From: Chiloscyllium plagiosum
Taxonomy: Eukaryota
Assembly: GCF_004010195.1 (NCBI RefSeq)
Contig: NC_057711.1
Coordinates: 77,598,925 to 77,662,924, forward strand
DNA: 64,000 bases
Direction: 5' to 3'
Both the position numbers and the translations under genes were made by a program. A model generated the notes under the pieces. The model worked only from the letters and a program-made list of their open reading frames with translations, was not told the DNA's origin and searched no databases. Below, one piece after another: positions 63,445 to 64,000 of this stretch; the first letter of the stretch is position 1; each line of letters begins with the position of its first letter.

Positions 63445-63549
63445 AAAGGAGCAATCTGACAGATCCGTTTTACCGCAGAATGAAACAATTCATATTCTTG
63501 TTTTATCCTGGTGCCTTTCCTTTAAAAGTCACTTTAGAAACCACAACAC

Positions 63550-63620
63550 TGCGATGGCCAGGAATCGAACCCGGGTCAACTGCTGGAAGGCAGTTATGCT
63601 CACCACTATACCACCATCAC
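63550..63620 (-). tRNA. tRNA-Gly(TCC)-like gene or pseudogene (6-nt anticodon loop)
   Basis: GTGATGGTGGTATAGTGGTGAGCATAACTGCCTTCCAGCAGTTGACCCGGGTTCGATTCCTGGCCATCGCA; cloverleaf stems pair; A and B boxes present; TTTT about 22 nt downstream. Confidence 0.85.
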
Positions 63621-64000
63621 CTTATAGGTATAGGGCAATGAAAGAAAAAAAACTTTAATACTACACTTTATAGACATGGAAATTAGATTTAGTCTTCTAC
63701 AGTTACACATATCAAAAATAACAGGATGATTATAGACAGTCACGTAGAAATGGTGAGCTTGCAGACTTGGACAGTGATTAATTTTCTGACTGATAATGAA
63801 ATCTGCTAATGATGAGTTAAGAGATTTGTACGAAAACATTGACACCACGGTCAAAATATTGCAGCTGAAGTTTTTAAGTAATGAAAAGAATCATGCAGTG
63901 ATTGATGAAATGCTGCAGAAGATCGGAGCAGAACAAGCAAGCTGCAAGTTGACAACTGCATTGGCATGAGCTGTTCATGTAGGAAATTTACCTTGAATGT

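Noticed and set aside
63797..63970. Short plus-strand ORF MKSANDELRDLYENID...
   Set aside because: Under 60 aa, no splice support and no recognisable motif

Overview
Repeat-rich vertebrate genomic DNA, most likely from an elasmobranch (shark/ray), inferred from HE1-type V-SINEs, HER1-like CR1 LINEs and a DeuSINE-like remnant. No intact host protein-coding gene is visible. ORFs with recognisable domains derive from transposons: a near-full-length disabled CR1 (10.6-14.8 kb), many CR1 fragments, Tx1-clade LINEs, a decayed Penelope-like element (RT + GIY-YIG), Gypsy and Harbinger remnants. Solo LTRs and Tc1/mariner MITEs are also present. The strongest unannotated signal is about a dozen minimal type-I hammerhead ribozyme motifs (CUGANGA-helix II-GAAA-NUH). 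They occur in four sequence families of Penelope-type elements, including short (75-1100 bp) non-autonomous units, often fold-back and mostly TSD-flanked. Other signals: a tRNA-Gly(TCC)-like locus, a consensus CTCF site, an unexplained 27-bp perfect hairpin, a probable LINE 3' transduction and minus-strand exon-like segments that may be a decayed gene. All calls were made by eye without database searches, and boundaries of old repeats are approximate.
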